DNA from: Trueperaceae bacterium
Lineage (GTDB): Bacteria > Deinococcota > Deinococci > Deinococcales > Trueperaceae
Length of the DNA: 64,000 nt
Direction of reading: 5' to 3'
NCBI GenBank assembly: GCA_965213705.1
Contig: OZ243913.1
Coordinates: 3,296,001-3,360,000, forward strand
Of the stretch, positions 44,894 to 53,162 are shown one piece after another. Position numbers and translations under genes: made by a program. The notes beneath the pieces were generated by a model. It did not search any database. It saw nothing but the letters and a program-made list of their open reading frames with translations, and had not been told where the DNA came from. The stretch's first letter is position 1, and each line of letters starts with the position of its first letter.

Positions 44894-45744
44894 GCGCCCA
44901 CCGCCCCGTAGCGCTTCAGCCCTTGCCGCCACAGCAGCAGGCGCAAGCCCGCAAACGCTAAAACCCACACACCCTGCGCCGCCACCCCGCGCCACAGTTC
45001 AGCGCCCGCAACCTTGCCGAGCAAAACCTGCACCGGAAAGTCAATCATGTATGGAAACGGCGTGTAGGCGATGGCCGCGCGCACCGCGTCCGGGAACAGC
45101 TCGAGCGGGATGAGCGCGCCGCTCAGACCGATGTAAAGCGCGAAGTAGGTTTGCTCCAGGCCCAACACCTGGTCAAACCAGAACGTCAACAGCCCGAAGC
45201 TGTACTGCTGGTTGAAGCGAATCGCCCAGGCCCCGGCCAACGTGAACATAAAAATGAGGAGGTTTACTGGACTCAGGTCCAAGCGCGCCCCCGCCCACCA
45301 CAGTCCGAGCGCGACCGGCACCAGCACCACGGGAACGCGCAGCGTTTTTTCGGCCAAGTTGCCGACCACGTGCTCCCAGTACGGGTCGAGCGGGCGCAGC
45401 AGTTTGGGCGACAGCTCGCCCAGGCGGATTTCCCGGTCCAAGTCCCACAACACCCACACCACCGTCGCCTGCCGCACCAGAAACACGGTCAAAAAGTAGG
45501 CCGCGAAGTCCGGCGCGGTGTAACCGCCTACGGGGCCGTCCTCGGCCAACCCTATCCAAATCAGCATCATGATGAGAGGCAGCGAACCCGAGACTATCCA
45601 GACAAACATTTCCGCGCGGTACTCGGTAAGGAGCGCAAAGGCGCGGCCGAACAGGGCGGCCGCTCTTTTGAACGTCCAGTACAGGTTACTCCGCAAGGGC
45701 GGCCGCTTTCTCGGCGGGGGTTCGAGCTTGAAGGTCTTTCTCAC
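44890..45744 (-). CDS. ABC-2-type (DUF990-like) permease
   Basis: EYRAE, IRLGELSPKLLRP, YGAVGA C-terminus. Confidence 0.88.
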   Translation of the reverse strand: MRKTFKLEPPPRKRPPLRSNLYWTFKRAAALFGRAFALLTEYRAEMFVWIVSGSLPLIMMLIWIGLAEDGPVGGYTAPDFAAYFLTVFLVRQATVVWVLWDLDREIRLGELSPKLLRPLDPYWEHVVGNLAEKTLRVPVVLVPVALGLWWAGARLDLSPVNLLIFMFTLAGAWAIRFNQQYSFGLLTFWFDQVLGLEQTYFALYIGLSGALIPLELFPDAVRAAIAYTPFPYMIDFPVQVLLGKVAGAELWRGVAAQGVWVLAFAGLRLLLWRQGLKRYGAVGA

Positions 45745-46717
45745 CCTCTCGAGCCTCGTTGAACAGGTGCCCGATGACCTCTTCGATGGGCACTTCTTCG
45801 ATGCTGATGTCGGCGACCGGCAACTCGCCCAGCAGCCGGGCGGCGACGCGGGTCAAACTGCGGCGCGGCGCGAGCAGTTCGGCCTGGAGGCCGTCGCAGC
45901 GGCGAACCTCACCGTAAGGAGCAAGCTGCTCGGGCGTTTGCGCCTCGCTGAAGGCCAGCTTAAGCACTTTGCTGGGCGAGCGCGTCTCGACCAAGTTTTG
46001 CAAGTCGCCGTCGAACACAATTCGGCCCCGGTCGATAACGATAATCCGTTTGGCGAGCGCGGTCACGTCGGCCATGTAGTGACTGGTCAACATCACGGTC
46101 GCGCCGTGGCGGAGGTTGTAAGCGGCGACGAAGTCGCGGACGCTCTCTTGCATGTTGACGTCCAACCCGATGGTCGGCTCGTCCAAAAACAGGACTTGCG
46201 GCTGGTGCAGCAGCGCCGCGGCGAGTTCGCACTTCATGCGCTCGCCCAGCGACAGTTTGCGCACCTGTTTGTTTAACAGTCCGTCCAAACTCAGCATTTC
46301 GGTGAGTTCGGCGAGGCGCGTTTTGTAAACGTCGTCGGGAATCTTGTAAACAGCCGCGTTGACCAAAAACGAGTCGAGGGCGGCCAAGTCCCAACTGAGC
46401 TGCTGCTTTTGGCCCATCACGAGCGTGATGGTTTTGAGAAACTCGGCCTGACGGCGTTTGGGCTCGAGCCCCGCCACCCGCACCTCCCCCGCGCTCGGGT
46501 GGAGCAGGCCGGACAGCATCTTCAGCGTCGTCGTCTTGCCCGCGCCGTTCGCCCCCAAAAACCCGACGACTTCGCCTGGGGCAATGTCGAAGGAGACCTC
46601 GTCTACCGCTTTCACAGTCTTAAAGTCGCGCTTGAAGAACGCGTTCAAGCTGCCCCGAAAGCCCGCCTCTTTTTCATGAACCCGGTAGTGCTTGCTCAGT
46701 TTGCCGACGTGAATCAT
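45686..46717 (-). CDS. ABC transporter ATP-binding protein
   Basis: GANGAGKTT, LSLGERM, LFLDEPT. Confidence 0.93.
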   Translation of the reverse strand: MIHVGKLSKHYRVHEKEAGFRGSLNAFFKRDFKTVKAVDEVSFDIAPGEVVGFLGANGAGKTTTLKMLSGLLHPSAGEVRVAGLEPKRRQAEFLKTITLVMGQKQQLSWDLAALDSFLVNAAVYKIPDDVYKTRLAELTEMLSLDGLLNKQVRKLSLGERMKCELAAALLHQPQVLFLDEPTIGLDVNMQESVRDFVAAYNLRHGATVMLTSHYMADVTALAKRIIVIDRGRIVFDGDLQNLVETRSPSKVLKLAFSEAQTPEQLAPYGEVRRCDGLQAELLAPRRSLTRVAARLLGELPVADISIEEVPIEEVIGHLFNEAREGEKDLQARTPAEKAAALAE

Positions 46718-46841
46718 GCAAAGGGCAGTATACGACCCCGCAGGCGATTAAAAAAAGAGGCTCGAGCCCGCCCTCCACTTAGACAAGAAAAAAGCAAGGG
46801 AGCCGAAAAGCGCTCTCCCCTGCCCTCACTATTTTTGAACT

Positions 46842-47495
46842 TTAGGCCGCGACCAAACCTTTCAGCTTGTCGTACGCCGCCTCGGCCCGCTGTTTGACGA
46901 CGCTGTAGTCTTTGGAGCGGCCCGCCATCATCACGTGCATGTTCATGTGCCGGTCTACATCGCCGAAAATCGAATTGAGGACTTCGACCTCTTCGCGGCT
47001 GCGTAAGCTAGCGTCGTCGCGGAACATCGCCGGGTAGATGTACTCGAACTGCTGGTCGCTGATGACGCCGGACAGGTACTGCTCGAGCACGTCCAGGTAA
47101 GGTTTTAGGTCGCTGCGGACGGTCGGCGTCGTTTTAGTGGTTGCACCGTCGGCTTGAGGCACTTGGGCAAAACCCGCGTCGAGCGTCTGCGGGTTGATGT
47201 CCCAGTTGTCGAGGTCGTACACGGCCTCGCCGTCCTTGAACAAAATCACCTGCGGCGACTCGTGGCGGATGCCGGTCATCTCACTCACGAGGTTGCTGGC
47301 AGGCCGCGCCTCGACCACGCGGATGATGCCGACCATCATGTCTTCGCGCGGCTCCAACTTCTCTTGCAAAAAGCCGAAGCCCTGCATCGTTTTGTGGCAG
47401 GTGCCCGCTTTGAAAATGACGCTCGTTGGGTACTTGTCCAAAAACTGGTTGAGGTCTTCGGGGCTTGTTAGGTTAACGACTCGGTCTCTAAACAT
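46842..47495 (-). CDS. abxC: Atypical bacilliredoxin (BrxC/YtxJ family, AbxC-like) with helical C-terminal extension
   Basis: FKAGTCHKT active-site motif and RHESPQVILFKDG. Confidence 0.8.
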   Translation of the reverse strand: MFRDRVVNLTSPEDLNQFLDKYPTSVIFKAGTCHKTMQGFGFLQEKLEPREDMMVGIIRVVEARPASNLVSEMTGIRHESPQVILFKDGEAVYDLDNWDINPQTLDAGFAQVPQADGATTKTTPTVRSDLKPYLDVLEQYLSGVISDQQFEYIYPAMFRDDASLRSREEVEVLNSIFGDVDRHMNMHVMMAGRSKDYSVVKQRAEAAYDKLKGLVAA

Positions 47496-47636
47496 GGTGA
47501 CTCCTTCGGAACTAGCTATAAAAAACCTACTACCTCAAAACATAGTATAAGGCGCGGCCTGAGATGCTAGTCCTGTTCGTGACAAAGGAGCGCTGCTGAA
47601 AGGTCGGCTCGAGGCGAGGGTGCTCGAGGCGGAAAA

Positions 47637-47755
47637 GTTTAACGTCTAAGCTCAGCCGCCGTGGGCGGCAGTTCGTTTCAAAGCAGCACGGAGACGCCAA
47701 TGCCGCAAATGAGCAAAACTGCCAAGCCCACGGTCGGCTGCAGCGGGTGTTATGC
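47637..47755 (-). mobile_element. Integron attC site (cassette 2)
   Basis: Minus strand: GCATAAC-acccg-CTGCAGC-CGACCGTGGG...CCCACGGCG-GCTGAG-cttagac-GTTAAAC; pairing leaves an unpaired G and A on the left arm; the upstream ORF stops inside TAAC. Confidence 0.9.
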
Positions 47756-48046
47756 CGCGCTTTCATCGTATCGTCCTCGCCCAAGCGAGAAAAGAACAAA
47801 GTCCGTCGTTGCTGCTACGAGAGAGTCATGCACTATGAGGTGCTGGTATGCTTTGTCATACCAGCCAACCCGAAAAGAACCATCCCGTTCCTCTATGAAG
47901 GTGTTGGGACTACTCCGCTTGTCATAGGAGAAATGCAATAGGCGTTTGCATTCCTCAGGGTGGCTACGGAAGTAGGCAGCGATTTCTTCCGCAGAAAGCG
48001 ATGCCGCGTCAATCTCCAAGGGCGGTAGGTAAGTCGGATGGGGCAT
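47750..48046 (-). CDS. Cassette-borne hypothetical protein (98 aa)
   Basis: ORF fills the space between two attC sites and its TAA lies in the R'' box. Confidence 0.75.
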   Translation of the reverse strand: MPHPTYLPPLEIDAASLSAEEIAAYFRSHPEECKRLLHFSYDKRSSPNTFIEERDGSFRVGWYDKAYQHLIVHDSLVAATTDFVLFSLGRGRYDESAA

Positions 48047-48062
48047 AGTTAAGCACCGCACG

Positions 48063-48176
48063 GCATAACGGCCTAAGCTCAGGGGTTCGGACGTGTTGAA
48101 GATGCAAGTCATGCTCTAAATCTGCGCTAGATTTTCGGCAGGGCGAATCCGAATCCTTTGCAGCGCCTAGTTATGC
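48063..48176 (-). mobile_element. Integron attC site (cassette 1)
   Basis: Minus strand: GCATAAC-taggcg-CTGCAAAGGATTCGGA...TCCGAACCCCTGAG-cttaggcc-GTTATGC. Confidence 0.88.
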
Positions 48177-48350
48177 ACGACCTGACGTAACAACTGCAAG
48201 CTGAGGCAGTGGTTTTGAAACGAGTCTCGTTTTCAAGTCGCTTTGAGTTTCAAGCGCACGCTGGTAAAGCGTTGACAGGTCGTGATTAGCTTCTTTCTCG
48301 AGTTCAAGCCGCGCTTCACGAACTTCTTCGACAACTACATCTTCCCACAT
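48171..48350 (-). CDS. Small protein (59 aa) of the type found downstream of PIN-domain toxins; putative antitoxin
   Basis: MWEDVVVEEVREAR N-terminus; GGAGG RBS; stop inside attC. Confidence 0.65.
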   Translation of the reverse strand: MWEDVVVEEVREARLELEKEANHDLSTLYQRALETQSDLKTRLVSKPLPQLAVVTSGRA

Positions 48351-48352
48351 AC

Positions 48353-48436
48353 TTACACCTCCATGAGTTCTTGTGGTGTACACAGAACCGGCGTGTGAAC
48401 GTTTAAGTCCTGGTTAAGTGCTTGCACCAGAGGGCG
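48353..48436 (-). pseudogene. 3' remnant of a PIN/VapC-family gene
   Basis: RPLVQALNQDLNVHTPVLCTPQELMEV* resembles the P-x-(I/L)-C-T-P-x-E-L C-terminal signature; in-frame stop immediately upstream. Confidence 0.6.
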
Positions 48437-48512
48437 TTAACAGAAATACTAGCCTGAGTGCTGAAATCTTGATGGGTGTATTTGCAAGATTTGATACTTG
48501 CTGGCTAAGTGA

Positions 48513-48629
48513 GGTGAGGAAGGCAGGATTCGAACCTGCGACATGCTTCTCGTTACGCTCTCTGAGAAAACATGCAACCGTCGCTCTGTTTGGAGTTGAC
48601 AGCTACCTTCTCCGCTCAGTCACTTCCTC
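48513..48629 (-). ncRNA. tRNA-like RNA with non-canonical anticodon arm and very long variable arm
   Basis: GAGGAAG/CTTCCTC acceptor stem, TG-ACTGAGCGGAGAAGGT D-arm, GCAGG-TTCGAAT-CCTGC T-arm, 3' A-CC-T. Confidence 0.75.
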
Positions 48630-48741
48630 ATTCTTGACGAATAGCCTACAAATTAATCACTTTGGCGCGGCGTGAAAAGTCCGCTGGACGAAGTGTAAAT
48701 TAAGTCTCACGTAACAAGCCTTTCTTCTTGGGCAATTCGCT

Positions 48742-49992
48742 TTAGTTCACCATCTTCGTGCGCCGCGACTGGAAGTCTTGTAGCACGTACTGCCCGATGG
48801 TGTGCGGCGTGGTGAAGTAGGCTTTGCCCCGCGTCATCTGCGAGACGCGCTGCACAAAGGCGATGAGTTCGGGGTCCCTCGCCAGCATAAACGTGTTGAT
48901 TTGAATGCCCTGGCGGCGGCAAGCGCCGACCTCGCGCAGGGTTTCGCCCAAGACCATCGGGTCGAGGCCGTAGGCGTTTTTGTAAACGCGCCCGTTCGGC
49001 AGGGTGATGGCGGACGGTTTGCCGTCGGTAATCATCACGATTTGCTTCATGTCTTTGTTCTGCCGCTTGAGGATTTTTTGGGCCAGTCGCAAACCCTCGG
49101 CGGTGTTCGTGTGGTACGGCCCGACCTGGGCTTGAGCGAGCTTCGCCAGAGGGATTTCCTCGGCGCTGTTATGAAATAAAACGAACTTGATAACGTCGCC
49201 GCGGTACTGGGTGTGAATCATGTGGGCGAGTGCCAGCGCGACCTGTTTGGCCGGGGTGAAGCGGTCCTCGCCGTAAAGAATCATCGAGTGCGAGCAGTCG
49301 AGCATGACCACCGTCGCCGCCGACGAGTGATATTCGGACTGCATCACTTGCAAGTCGCCGTAGTCGAGTTGGAGTTTGCCGTCTTCAAGCCCGTGCTTGG
49401 CGGCGTTTTTAAAGGTCTCGCCCATGTCGATGTTCATGGTGTCGCCGAACTCGTAGGGTTTGGACTCGGAAATCGCCTCGACGCCGGTCGTTTGAAACTT
49501 GGTGTCGTGCGCGCCGATGGAGCTTTTGCCCGCGCCGCCGAGCACCTCTTTCAGGGTGCGGTAGCCCAAAAAGTCGATGGCCTTGTTGGTGAGTTCGAAC
49601 TTCACCTGGCCGGGGTCGCGGTCGGGGCCTTGGCCGCCCTGACCGGGCGCGTTGGGGTCGCCCGGTTCGTCGCCGCCCTGGGGTTTGAGGTAACCCTCTT
49701 GCTCGAGCCGCTGCGCGAGTTCTTTGACCATCTCGCCGAGCTTCGAGTCCATCCAGTTTTCGGCGTTCATCGCCTGTTCGATGGTCTGCTCATTCACAAG
49801 CTCGTTGTTGATGAGCGCCTCGGCGATGGCGTCGTAGAGGTCTTGCATGGTTTGCTGGTAGTTCGGGTCGGGGTCCCAGGGGTTGCGCTGGAAGCCGGAC
49901 TCGAGCAGGCGGTCCTGAATCATCTTCATCAGGTCGGCCATGTCGAGGTCGTCCAGGGTCGCCTCGTATTTGCTGTAGCGGGTGGCGGGCAT
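48742..49992 (-). CDS. VWA domain-containing protein
   Basis: MIDAS motif DCSHSM, TNT, ITDGKP. Confidence 0.9.
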   Translation of the reverse strand: MPATRYSKYEATLDDLDMADLMKMIQDRLLESGFQRNPWDPDPNYQQTMQDLYDAIAEALINNELVNEQTIEQAMNAENWMDSKLGEMVKELAQRLEQEGYLKPQGGDEPGDPNAPGQGGQGPDRDPGQVKFELTNKAIDFLGYRTLKEVLGGAGKSSIGAHDTKFQTTGVEAISESKPYEFGDTMNIDMGETFKNAAKHGLEDGKLQLDYGDLQVMQSEYHSSAATVVMLDCSHSMILYGEDRFTPAKQVALALAHMIHTQYRGDVIKFVLFHNSAEEIPLAKLAQAQVGPYHTNTAEGLRLAQKILKRQNKDMKQIVMITDGKPSAITLPNGRVYKNAYGLDPMVLGETLREVGACRRQGIQINTFMLARDPELIAFVQRVSQMTRGKAYFTTPHTIGQYVLQDFQSRRTKMVN

Positions 49993-50020
49993 TACGAATC
50001 CAGCCTCCTTAGGTTCATCC

Positions 50021-51496
50021 TTAGTTCCAGCGGCGGCGCGTGCCGGCCTGGCTCAGGTCGGGCTCGGCCGCGCTGTAGCCGCGCTCTTCGCTCCGGGCGA
50101 CCTGTTTGCGCGCGTAAAGGCCCTCGAGCACGAACTCCGCGGCGACGGCCAAGTCGTCCCGGCCCGTTCCTTCGGCGATGTTCCGCGCGGCGTCGATGAG
50201 GCCGGGAACGCGCGCGAACACTTCGGGCAACTGCTCGGTCTGCAAGCTGTCGGGCACTTTTAGGGTGTTGTCCGAATCGAAGTACTCGGTGATGGAACTC
50301 GTCTCCAGGTTCACCCCGCGGCGGCCGAACACCTGGCCCACGGCGCGGCGGACGATGTCGGTGGCGACCGCTTCGCCGCCCTTGAGTTCGCCTTCGTACT
50401 CCAACTCCAACTTGCCCGTGACCGATGAGAGGCCCGCGTACAGGTCGGTGGTGCGAGCAACCGGCGTTTTTTCGCCCAAGGTGTAGGCGCGGCGCTCGGC
50501 GTTGCTCACCACGTTTTCCATGAGGCTGATGGGCAGGCGCTGCGACACGCCGGAGTGTTTGTCGACGCGGGAGTCGTCCCTTGCTTGAAACGCGACCTCT
50601 TCGACCATCTCGGCGATGAAGGACGGCACCTTCACCTCGCCCTCGCGCAGCACCCACGCTTCTTGCGAGGTAATTGCCATGCCCTCTTCGACGGTGGCGG
50701 GGTAGTGCGTGCGAATCTCCGAGCCGACCCGGTCTTTCAACGGCGTGATGATTTTGCCCCGTGCGGTGTAGTCCTCGGGGTTGGCGCTGAAGACGAGCAT
50801 CACGTCCAGCGGCAAGCGGATGGGGTAACCCTTAATCTGCACGTCGCCCTCTTGCATGATGTTGAACAGGCCGACCTGCACCTTGCCGGACAGGTCGGGC
50901 AGTTCGTTCATGGCGAAGATGCCGCGGTTGGCGCGCGGCAAAAGTCCGTAGTGGACGCTACGTGGGTCGCCGAGCTGGATGCCCAAACGCGCCGCCTTGA
51001 TGGGGTCGATGTCGCCGATGATGTCGGCGACGGTCACGTCGGGCGTGGCGAGCTTTTCGACGTAGCGAGCCTCGCGCGGCATCCACTCCACGGGCGCGGC
51101 GTCGCCGCATTCGGCGACCATTTCCTGACCTTCGACGCTCACCGGGTTGAAGGGGTCGTCGTTGAGTTCGCTGCCGGCCAAGACCGGAATCTCTTCGTCC
51201 AACAAAGAGGTGAGTTGCCGCAGGATGCGCGTTTTGGCCTGGCCGCGCAAGCCCAGCAAAATAAAGTTGTGGCGGCTCAGCACCGCGTTGACGATTCTGG
51301 GCGTGACCGACTCTTCGTAGCCGACGATGCCGGGAAATACGGGTTTGTTGTCTTTCAAGCGGGCAATCAGGTTGCTGCGCAGTTCGTCCTTGACGCTGCG
51401 CCCCGCTTTGGCGGCCCAGTCGGTACCGCGCAGTTCGCCTAAAGTTTTGGGGTTCACGAGCGCTTGCCTTGGGGTATAAATTTCTTCATGCCTCAT
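50021..51496 (-). CDS. MoxR/Mg-chelatase-like AAA+ ATPase
   Basis: GLRGQAKTR Walker [27 protein letters not shown]; paired with the VWA gene. Confidence 0.9.
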   Translation of the reverse strand: MRHEEIYTPRQALVNPKTLGELRGTDWAAKAGRSVKDELRSNLIARLKDNKPVFPGIVGYEESVTPRIVNAVLSRHNFILLGLRGQAKTRILRQLTSLLDEEIPVLAGSELNDDPFNPVSVEGQEMVAECGDAAPVEWMPREARYVEKLATPDVTVADIIGDIDPIKAARLGIQLGDPRSVHYGLLPRANRGIFAMNELPDLSGKVQVGLFNIMQEGDVQIKGYPIRLPLDVMLVFSANPEDYTARGKIITPLKDRVGSEIRTHYPATVEEGMAITSQEAWVLREGEVKVPSFIAEMVEEVAFQARDDSRVDKHSGVSQRLPISLMENVVSNAERRAYTLGEKTPVARTTDLYAGLSSVTGKLELEYEGELKGGEAVATDIVRRAVGQVFGRRGVNLETSSITEYFDSDNTLKVPDSLQTEQLPEVFARVPGLIDAARNIAEGTGRDDLAVAAEFVLEGLYARKQVARSEERGYSAAEPDLSQAGTRRRWN

Positions 51497-51592
51497 GGTA
51501 GCACCGGCTTGAAAAGCACTGTGTGTCGGGGTCTTGCATTCTCAGGTTTATGGGGGCGGGCTCGAGCACTTTAAACCCGTTAAACCCGAACC

Positions 51593-51687
51593 AAAAGTTT
51601 GGCCCCGTGTGGGGGACACGGGACCGTCAGAGAGGAGATGGTGGAGGGGATTACCCTCACTCAAGGCCGCCGCGTGGCTAACCTTGA
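51593..51687 (-). ncRNA. Candidate small RNA or structured leader
   Basis: TAAACT -10 element, two hairpins, single-stranded CACCATCTCCTCTCT, GC hairpin followed by a short T tract. Confidence 0.5.
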
Positions 51688-51842
51688 AAACAAGTTTACG
51701 CGGAAGACTCTTACAAAAAACTTACAAACGGGTAGCTTGGGTCACGAGGGGATTGAGGCATAAGTCACACGCCTTGACGCCTCTCCCCCACTTCCTCGGC
51801 TGGGCCCACTTTCTCAGCTGGACGAGGTGATAGCTTGGCACC

Positions 51843-53126
51843 ATGCCCACCATCCAGTCCGCAGAACTTTTAAGCGTCGGCACCGAACTCCTGCTCGGCG
51901 AAATCGTCGACACGAACAGCGCCTATTTGGCCGCCGACTTGTCAAAGCGCGGCGTCGACGTTTACTGGTCGCAGCGCGTGGGCGACAATTTGGCCCGCGT
52001 TCAGCACGCGGTTCGTCAGGGTTTAAGCCGCAGCGACCTGCTCGTCATGTGCGGCGGTTTGGGACCGACCGACGACGACCTGAGCCGCGAGGCGGTGGCT
52101 GGGGTCTTGGGCGAGACGCCTTATGTGGACGAGGGGTTAGAGCGCGACCTGCGCGAGCGCTTTGCCCGCTTCGCCCGCACCATGCCCGAAAAAAACCTCA
52201 AACAAGCCTGGCTCATCCCCTCGGCGGAAACCCTGCCCAACCCGCGCGGCACCGCGCCGGGCTGGCTGGTGCGCACACAGGTCGAAGGCAAAGAAAAAAC
52301 CATCGTGCTGTTGCCGGGGCCGCCGCGCGAGCTGACCCGGATGTGGGAGGTCGAGGCGGTAAGTCGGCTCGAGCTGCCCACCGCCGTCCTCTACACGCGC
52401 ATGTTCAAAACCTTCGGACTAGGCGAGTCGGCGGTAGCCGAAACGCTGGCTGAGTTGACCGCAAGCGCCAACCCGAGCGTGGCGACGTACGCCAAACGCG
52501 ACGGCGTCCACGTGCGCGTGGCGGCGAAGGGCGCGACGTTCAAAGAGGCCGAAGAAACCGCCCGGCCCGTCGTTGACCGGGTAGCCAGCCTGCTCGGCAG
52601 GGCTGTGTGGGGGGTGGACGAGGACGAACTCGAGCGGCGAATCTTAGAACGTTTGAACGCGCTCAACCTGACCCTCGCTACGGCCGAAACCTGTACCGGT
52701 GGACGTCTCAGCGAACGTTTGAGTGCGGCGTCGCCAAACACCCCGTCGCCAAACGCCCCGTCCCCAAACGCCGTAGCGACCGAGAAGGCGGGTTACCGGG
52801 GCGGCGTGGTAGCATACTCCATGCAAGCCGTAAGCGCCTTCGACCTCTTCAACACCGACCAAATCCGCGGAGCCGTGACCGAACAAACGGTTCTGCGTTT
52901 AGCCAAAGGCGTCGCTACGAAACTACACACCCACCTCGGGTTAGCCACTGCTACGACGGTAAAGGAGAACCATCAAGAAGAACCGGACACGTTTGTCGCC
53001 ATCTACAGTTCCGAACGGGAAACCGCACGAAAGCTCAACCTTCCCACCACGGAACGCGACTGGTTTAGCGAGAGGGCCAGCTACGCTGCGCTCTTCTTGT
53101 TGTGGTCTTTTTTGACCGAACGGTAG
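51843..53126 (+). CDS. cinA: CinA family protein (C-terminal deamidase domain degenerate)
   Basis: SVGTELLLGEIVDTNS, GGLGPTDDD, LPGPPRE, AETCTGG. Confidence 0.92.
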   Translation: MPTIQSAELLSVGTELLLGEIVDTNSAYLAADLSKRGVDVYWSQRVGDNLARVQHAVRQGLSRSDLLVMCGGLGPTDDDLSREAVAGVLGETPYVDEGLERDLRERFARFARTMPEKNLKQAWLIPSAETLPNPRGTAPGWLVRTQVEGKEKTIVLLPGPPRELTRMWEVEAVSRLELPTAVLYTRMFKTFGLGESAVAETLAELTASANPSVATYAKRDGVHVRVAAKGATFKEAEETARPVVDRVASLLGRAVWGVDEDELERRILERLNALNLTLATAETCTGGRLSERLSAASPNTPSPNAPSPNAVATEKAGYRGGVVAYSMQAVSAFDLFNTDQIRGAVTEQTVLRLAKGVATKLHTHLGLATATTVKENHQEEPDTFVAIYSSERETARKLNLPTTERDWFSERASYAALFLLWSFLTER

Positions 53127-53162
53127 TGCCTCACCCTTAACTCAGGGACACGGAGGCAAAAC

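Noticed and set aside
48586..48600. Reading the tRNA-like RNA as tRNA-Trp (CTCCAAA) or tRNA-Sec
   Set aside because: CTCCAAA is not closed by a 5-bp stem. There is no TCA anticodon loop, and the acceptor stem is 7 bp rather than the 8 bp of bacterial tRNA-Sec.
47628..48680. GGCGGAAAAGT / GGCGTGAAAAGT as direct repeats bounding the island
   Set aside because: Short, imperfect (1-nt indel) and plausible by chance; needs an empty-site comparison.
51700..53162. RDRM (DdrO) or SOS box upstream of cinA/recA
   Set aside because: No convincing 17-bp palindrome seen.
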